A stretch of DNA of 64,000 nucleotides from Mucilaginibacter sp. (GTDB lineage: Bacteria; Bacteroidota; Bacteroidia; Sphingobacteriales; Sphingobacteriaceae): contig NZ_CAXVWK010000055.1 in assembly GCF_964263795.1 (NCBI RefSeq), forward strand, positions 34,157-98,156. Reading direction: 5' to 3'. Position 1 is the first letter of the stretch; every line of letters starts with the position of its first letter. The translations under genes were made by a program, and so were the position numbers. Positions 58,731 to 64,000 of the stretch are shown here, in pieces. The notes under the pieces are model-generated. The model was given only the letters and a program-made list of their open reading frames with translations. It did not search any database and was not told the origin of the DNA.

Positions 58731-61157
58731 ATGGTTTACAAACGTGTACTTTTCGGATTAATAGCAGCAATGGCTTTAAGCGGCCTGTCGGGCTTTGCTG
58801 TTTACGATGATCCTATCGATAAATTAATACAGCAATTAAATAAATGGGCCGCAACACAGCCGGTAGAAAAGGTTTATATTCATCTGGATAAACCTTATTA
58901 CGCTGCCGGTGATGATATCTGGTTTAAGGCTTACGTAACCGGCGGAGCTGAAAATAAGTTGACTACCATAAGCAGTGTAGTAAATGTAGACCTATTGGAT
59001 TTGAATGGAACCATCAAACAATCTGTTAAACTACAGTTAAGGGATGGCGTTGCCGCCGGCGATTTTGCCTTACCTGATACTCTGACCGGCGGTAATTACC
59101 GCATCCGGGCTTATACTAATTACATGCGTAACGCCGGTAGCGAATATTTTTTTGACAGGCCGGTTAGTATCATTAATAACATCTTAACCAACAGGGGCAA
59201 CAATGGTTCGCCTGTTGCGCCTACGGCCAGTATTGTCACTAATAGAACTGATAAAACAGATGTTCAATTTTTTCCGGAAAGCGGTAGCCTGGTAGCCGGC
59301 ATTCCTACTAAAGTTGCGTTTAAAGCAGTTGGCACCGACGGACTTGGTGTTGATGTTAAAGGATTGATTATTAATAACGCCGGTAGGCAGGTGGCCCAGT
59401 TTGCAAGTAGCCATTTAGGTATGGGGATCTTTGAACTGACGCCTGTTCAAGGCGTTAGCTATTCGGCAAAAATTACAACTGCCGATGGTATGGTGCAAAC
59501 CGTTGCTTTACCGCAGGTAGCCGACAAAGGGTATGTTTTAAGCGTATCTAACAGCGACGATCAGAATCTGCAGATAAAAATTGCCGGGCGTAGTCAAACT
59601 GATAATCTGTTGCTGGTAGCGCAAAACAGTGGTAAAGTTTATTACAGTAATAAAATACGGGTGGGAGTAACTAACATAGATAAAAAATTTATTCCTGCGG
59701 GCATATTACAGTTAACGTTATTCTCAGCAGCCGGCACGCCTGTCAATGAGCGGCTGGTATTTGTCCATCATCCCGAAAATTTAAAATTAGGCATAACCGG
59801 TAATATGCAAACATCAGCACCACGCCAGAAAGTACAGTTTACTATAAGTGCTGATAACGGCAAGCCAACAACAGGTAATTTCTCTGTAGCGGTGATAGAC
59901 GAAAATAAAGTACCTTTTAACGATGATGACGATAATAACATCATGTCGTCCCTGTTGCTTACTTCGGATATAAAAGGGTATGTAGAGCAACCCGCTTATT
60001 ACTTTAACAACATCAATGATAAAACACGTGCAGATTTGGATGTGCTTATGCTTACACAGGGCTATCGCCGTTTTGAATGGAACGAAATATTAAATGATCG
60101 CTTTACGCCAACAATTTACCAGGCGGAAAAATCCTTACAGGTAACCGGATCAGTAAAGACAGCCGGAGGAAAGCCTGTTGCAAACGGCAAAGTTAAGTTG
60201 ATCGACTTAGACAATATCGACTACACCATGGATACTGTTACCGACGCACGCGGGCGATTTGCCTTTACTAACATGACGTTTCAGGACAGCCTTCGATTTA
60301 TTATACAGGCACGTACTGATAAAAATAAACGTGATGTAGAGGTGCAGATCGATTCCATCGGCCCTCCAAACGGTCATTTAAGATACGCAATCAGCGCCCG
60401 GCGGCAAGACTTATCAGTTTATGCCAGGAGCAGTAAAGACCTTTACCAGGCGCAAATGCGCTTCGGGGTGGGCAACCACGTGATTCCCTTAAGCGAGGTG
60501 ATCATTCGGGAAAAGAAACAGGCGCTGAAATATTCTGCTAATCTTAACGGCCCGGGCAATGCCGACCAGGTGATTTTAGCACGCGACCTGCAGTTTGGGT
60601 GCATCCGAATTGCAGATTGTTTGCAGGGCAGGCTGGTAGGGGTAACGTTCCGTAATGGTGTACCTTACTCCACAAGATCGTTCAACAGACCTATGCAGAT
60701 AATATTGGATGGCGTTTACGTAGAGCCGGGATTTATAAACAGCATCAACTATAACGATATCCAGGCGATAGAAGTGCTGCGCAATGCAGGGTCAACCAGT
60801 ATTTATGGTGGCCGTGGCGGAGCGGGCGTAATGCTTATAACTACTAAAAGGGGCGGTGATAATGAACCATATGACGGCCCGGTAAGTGGCCGCGGTATTA
60901 AAGTTATCTACCCTAAAGGATATTTACAGGCACGTACATTCTATTCGCCTCGTTATGATAATCCTAAAGAAAATAAACAACTGGCTGATCTGCGCAGTAC
61001 AATTTTTTGGAAACCAGATGTTGTGACCGGTGCCGATGGTAAGGCCACCTTCGAATACTTTAATGCTGGCACCAAAGGAAATTACAAGATGATTATCGAA
61101 GGCATCGATAGTCAGGGGAATATTGGCAGGCAGGTGCTTAAATACCAGGTGGAATAG
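58731..61157 (+). CDS. macroglobulin-like (MG2) + carboxypeptidase-regulatory-like + TonB plug domain protein
   Basis: EKVYIHLDKPYYAAGDDIWFKAYV; FFPESGSLVAG; plug motif IILDG..NDIQAIEVLR..SIYGGRGGAGVMLITTKRG; DLRSTIFWKPDVVT; ATG 58731 preferred over TTG 58704. Confidence 0.75.
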   Translation: MVYKRVLFGLIAAMALSGLSGFAVYDDPIDKLIQQLNKWAATQPVEKVYIHLDKPYYAAGDDIWFKAYVTGGAENKLTTISSVVNVDLLDLNGTIKQSVKLQLRDGVAAGDFALPDTLTGGNYRIRAYTNYMRNAGSEYFFDRPVSIINNILTNRGNNGSPVAPTASIVTNRTDKTDVQFFPESGSLVAGIPTKVAFKAVGTDGLGVDVKGLIINNAGRQVAQFASSHLGMGIFELTPVQGVSYSAKITTADGMVQTVALPQVADKGYVLSVSNSDDQNLQIKIAGRSQTDNLLLVAQNSGKVYYSNKIRVGVTNIDKKFIPAGILQLTLFSAAGTPVNERLVFVHHPENLKLGITGNMQTSAPRQKVQFTISADNGKPTTGNFSVAVIDENKVPFNDDDDNNIMSSLLLTSDIKGYVEQPAYYFNNINDKTRADLDVLMLTQGYRRFEWNEILNDRFTPTIYQAEKSLQVTGSVKTAGGKPVANGKVKLIDLDNIDYTMDTVTDARGRFAFTNMTFQDSLRFIIQARTDKNKRDVEVQIDSIGPPNGHLRYAISARRQDLSVYARSSKDLYQAQMRFGVGNHVIPLSEVIIREKKQALKYSANLNGPGNADQVILARDLQFGCIRIADCLQGRLVGVTFRNGVPYSTRSFNRPMQIILDGVYVEPGFINSINYNDIQAIEVLRNAGSTSIYGGRGGAGVMLITTKRGGDNEPYDGPVSGRGIKVIYPKGYLQARTFYSPRYDNPKENKQLADLRSTIFWKPDVVTGADGKATFEYFNAGTKGNYKMIIEGIDSQGNIGRQVLKYQVE

Positions 61158-61204
61158 ATTAGCCTTTGCAAAAACTTCAATGTAATTATATCCCTGTTTT
61201 TAAG

Positions 61205-61212
61205 TATTTTTG
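61205..61212 (+). promoter_or_regulatory. Bacteroidota -7 element upstream of clpS
   Basis: TATTTTTG 8 nt before the ATG. Confidence 0.45.
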
Positions 61213-61220
61213 CCCATATT

Positions 61221-61502
61221 ATGCCAACCGAAGTACAGGAAGAAACGCTCACGCTTGAAGAGATACTGGCCGGGCTTAAAGAAATGCACCGCCTTATCTT
61301 ATGGAACGATGACCATAACACGTTTGAACATGTGATCCACTGCATGATGAAGTACCTGGATTATACCGAATCGCAAGGAGAGAAGATAGCATGGAAGGTG
61401 CATAATGAAGGGAAATGCGCTGTTCTGGAAGGCTCTTTCACCGAAATGGAGGTTTACCGGAAAATACTTCAGCAAGAAGGTTTAACAGTTACTGTTGAAT
61501 AG
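61221..61502 (+). CDS. clpS: ATP-dependent Clp protease adaptor ClpS
   Basis: LILWNDDHNTFEHVI..VHNEGKC. Confidence 0.92.
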   Translation: MPTEVQEETLTLEEILAGLKEMHRLILWNDDHNTFEHVIHCMMKYLDYTESQGEKIAWKVHNEGKCAVLEGSFTEMEVYRKILQQEGLTVTVE

Positions 61503-61664
61503 CTACTACCGTTAGCTAAGTTGCTGGGTTGACAGTGCTTTCAAGTATTTAGAATTTCCAGAACTGCTGTACTGCCCAATCATAGTTAACATTCAATCAG
61601 CATGCTCATTTTTTGTAGCAGGCTTCAGACGTTGCTTAACAAGAGTAAATCATAAGGGCATGAG

Positions 61665-62327
61665 CTATTGTTTTAAACCCCAGTGCGACACAATGTGGAA
61701 TATATTATTAGCCTGCCCCTTGTAATCTTTCTCGCTGCAGGAGGCTTTTAATACATAATAGCTTGTGCCTCTATGCACTCCCGTAAATCTGCTAATTACC
61801 TTTTCTCCGTTACCAATTGTTTTAGATGTTAATACATCAACATTTTTTTGCCCGTCAGGATAGGTTATAGGGCTTTGGTTCAAAACGGTTTCGCCCGTTA
61901 TGCGGATTTTATTTAAAAGCCATTCAACAGGGTTTTGGTTTGATTTTAAATTTTCATAAGCAACCCAAACCTCAATATAGGGAAGAGATTTATCAATAGT
62001 GTTATAAACGCCAATGTTAGTAAGGCCAACCTTTTCCAATTTTTGCGGCTCTATCTGGGTAGGCTTTATAGTATTTGGTAATATCACCCAATAAGCATTT
62101 TCAGGGCCGGCAGAGTTGTAATTACACTTCCAAAATGTGGCTTTAAGGTATTGATCAGTAAATCCGGTTTGCATCGGGAAAGGCATTTTGGATTGTGCCG
62201 GTTCGCTATTATTTGCAGCCGAAATATTTGTAGTATCCTTATCGTTACTCATCTCTTTTGTTGGTTTTCCATTTGATTGGCAGCTTGCAAAAGCTATAAG
62301 CAATAATCCTAATAATTTAATTTTCAT
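61665..62327 (-). CDS. hypothetical lipoprotein (possible PsbP/DcrB-like fold)
   Basis: lipobox AFASC; visibly AT-rich coding; no recognisable catalytic motif. Confidence 0.7.
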   Translation of the reverse strand: MKIKLLGLLLIAFASCQSNGKPTKEMSNDKDTTNISAANNSEPAQSKMPFPMQTGFTDQYLKATFWKCNYNSAGPENAYWVILPNTIKPTQIEPQKLEKVGLTNIGVYNTIDKSLPYIEVWVAYENLKSNQNPVEWLLNKIRITGETVLNQSPITYPDGQKNVDVLTSKTIGNGEKVISRFTGVHRGTSYYVLKASCSEKDYKGQANNIFHIVSHWGLKQ

Positions 62328-62696
62328 GACTGTGTTATCTAGATTCTTTTTTGTACCACACCCTTAGACCATTAATGCTGAGCCCAAGAACCGAACGACA
62401 ATCGCTTAAGATATCCTGTTTTAAATAAAAATTAATCGGGTGCCTGTACGCAGCAATTCCCTAAGTTAACTAAGTTTGTTTAGATAGGTTACCTTATTGA
62501 GGTGGTATTTGTTTTTAAGCGCATTTCGGAAATGTTTTCAGTCTCGGAAAAACTCGTCGTTGTGAGCGGATTCGTGATTTAATAGTATTTCATAAAATCG
62601 CCCTAAAACCTCATGGTTTAATCATCAACCCGTTTGAGTTGCTAAAATCTGTAACACATTGCACGCACTTGAAGGTAAAGAAAGTTAAGAGAAACA

Positions 62697-62729
62697 AAAA
62701 GCCTCTTAGATTATCTCTAAGAGGCTTTT
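62697..62729 (-). terminator. terminator of the original tRNA-Val locus
   Basis: AAAAGCCTCTTAGA-ttatc-TCTAAGAGGCTTTT, 6 nt downstream of the tRNA 3' end on the minus strand. Confidence 0.85.
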
Positions 62730-62735
62730 ATTAAG

Positions 62736-62780
62736 TGGGAGTTACTGGGTTCGAACCAGTGACCCTCTGCTTGTAAGGCA
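62736..62780 (-). tRNA. 3' half of tRNA-Val(TAC) only (att-site duplication)
   Basis: minus strand TGC-CTTACAA-GCAGA-GGGTC-ACTGG-TTCGAAC-CCAGT-AACTCCC-A; no D-arm or 5' acceptor strand upstream, and anticodon stem pairing stops after 3 bp. Confidence 0.88.
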
Positions 62781-62881
62781 ATGGATTATTGGTTTCATAT
62801 GGTTTGATGTAGTTATCTACTAGCTTATTTTCAGCTTATTATAATTAAACAGCTACGTTAAAGTCCATATTAATTCAGTTT

Positions 62882-62903
62882 TCTTGTGCAAATCTTGTGC
62901 AAA
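62882..62903 (+). repeat. tandem 11-mer, putative integrase arm-type sites
   Basis: TCTTGTGCAAA x2, between the att core and the integrase ATG. Confidence 0.7.
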
Positions 62904-62921
62904 TTATTTGTACCTTTAATC

Positions 62922-64000
62922 ATGATGAATACTAATATTGTTATCTCGCTTGACGAACGCCGCGAAAAAAAGGATGGCTCTTATCCTTTGGTAATGCGAC
63001 TTGGCCATAATAAACGAACGACAGCTATTCCGTTAGATATAAGCCTTCAAAAAAAAGACTGGGATAATGAAGCGCGAATTGTGAAAAAGTCCTATCAAGG
63101 AACCAATTCGGTTACCCGGTTGAACAACTTGATACAGAAAGCCAAATCCGAGGCAATGGATATTATCTTGACGCTGAACGAAACAGGGCGTTTGCAAAGC
63201 TTAACTATCGTTGAAATCAGAAATTTGCTTGTCAAAAAGAATACATCTACTTCATTCTACGAATACACTAATCAACAAATACAGGAACTAATATCGGCAA
63301 ACCGAATAGGTACAGCACGATCTTACAAAGGTGTGGTTGCTGTTCTAAAAACTTTCACAAAAGATAAGGAACTTTATTTCAAAGATGTTACTTATGGCTT
63401 TTTGAAAAAATTTGAAATTGCTCACTTGGGCAAGGGTAATTCTTATAACGGACTGTCGGTATATGTGCGCGCTATCAGAGCCATTTTTAACAAGGCAATT
63501 AAAGACGGGATTATCGAGAAAGAGAGTTACCCGTTTTCTGATTATAAGATTAAATCAGTACCAACAGAGAAGCGTGCACTAGATATAACCCTGCTGCAAG
63601 TTATTATCAATAAACAGATAGAAAAGGATCACATTTGCTTTAATGCTCGTAATTATTTTGTTGCCAGCTATATGATGTATGGGATGAATTTTACGGATAT
63701 GGCTTTTTTAAAGAAATCCAATATCGTTGACGGTCGTATCCAATACCGGCGCAGAAAAACCAGCAAATTGTATGATATTAAGATCGTGCCGAATTTGAAT
63801 ACAATCTTGCAGTACTACATCTCTTTAGATAAGGAATCGCCATATGTGTTTCCTATTATAAAACGAGATAGCGCATTCCTCATGGATAAGGATATTCAAT
63901 GGGCAAGGAAACGCTATAACGCAAAATTGAAAGAGCTGGCAAAGCTATGCGATATTGAGCAAAATCTAACCAGTTATGTGAGCAGACATTCTTTTGCCAC
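62922..64000 (+). CDS. tyrosine recombinase/integrase (arm-binding + SAM-like + catalytic), partial, runs off the window
   Basis: manual translation MMNTNIVISLDERREKKDGSYPLVMRLGHNKR..YGMNFTDMAFLK..IQYRRRKT..LTSYVSRHSFA; open to the window end so absent from the track. Confidence 0.92.
   Translation, partial: MMNTNIVISLDERREKKDGSYPLVMRLGHNKRTTAIPLDISLQKKDWDNEARIVKKSYQGTNSVTRLNNLIQKAKSEAMDIILTLNETGRLQSLTIVEIRNLLVKKNTSTSFYEYTNQQIQELISANRIGTARSYKGVVAVLKTFTKDKELYFKDVTYGFLKKFEIAHLGKGNSYNGLSVYVRAIRAIFNKAIKDGIIEKESYPFSDYKIKSVPTEKRALDITLLQVIINKQIEKDHICFNARNYFVASYMMYGMNFTDMAFLKKSNIVDGRIQYRRRKTSKLYDIKIVPNLNTILQYYISLDKESPYVFPIIKRDSAFLMDKDIQWARKRYNAKLKELAKLCDIEQNLTSYVSRHSFA

Larger units (their letters stand above)
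62736..64000. mobile_element. left end of a tRNA-Val-integrated element (island/ICE/prophage), truncated by the window
   Basis: tRNA 3' fragment + tandem repeat + adjacent tyrosine integrase. Confidence 0.8.

Noticed and set aside
100-61345. Numerous 60-140 aa ORFs in the track overlapping larger genes (antisense or alternate frame)
   Set aside because: Shadow ORFs of well-supported genes; no recognisable motifs or independent signals
62328-62696. Pseudogene upstream of the orphan lipoprotein
   Set aside because: The minus-strand frames I read contain early stops and no recognisable protein motif; nothing evident on the plus strand
62736-62810. Intact tRNA-Val gene
   Set aside because: The 5' half (D-arm, 5' acceptor strand) is absent
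1-64000. CRISPR array, rRNA or IS transposase
   Set aside because: No spaced 25-45 nt repeats, rRNA signatures or DDE transposase motifs seen

Overview
64 kb of a Bacteroidota chromosome. Gene content, TAnnTTTG promoters and protein style suggest Sphingobacteriaceae (Mucilaginibacter-like); this is inference, not a database result. Almost all of 1-61.5 kb is intact core genome. It carries an RprX/RprY-like two-component system, dxs, scpA, glyA, a GAF-4xPAS hybrid kinase, rlmN, a flippase-TPR-DUF4292-EnvC cluster, tandem tatA, gatA, mltD-like, maeB, ruvA, the T9SS translocon sprA, miaB-bEBP-lptE-secG-groES-groEL, mscS, sdaA, lipB, dcd and clpS. The last 2.5 kb are accessory: an orphan lipoprotein, then only the 3' half of a tRNA-Val(TAC) (att duplication), a tandem 11-mer (putative arm sites) and a tyrosine integrase running off the window, i.e. 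the left edge of an integrative element. I found no complete, clearly novel multi-gene system. The best leads are the tRNA-Val-integrated element, an alpha-2-macroglobulin-like protein with a TonB plug but no barrel or thioester, two small ORFs missed by the track (37-aa lipoprotein with an ECF-like promoter; 31-aa ORF with a sigma54-like promoter), a sensor-less sigma54 activator beside lptE/secG/groESL, a recurring TGTTAA direct-repeat motif, and short-period palindromic intergenic arrays. All family assignments come from motif recognition by eye; no searches were run.
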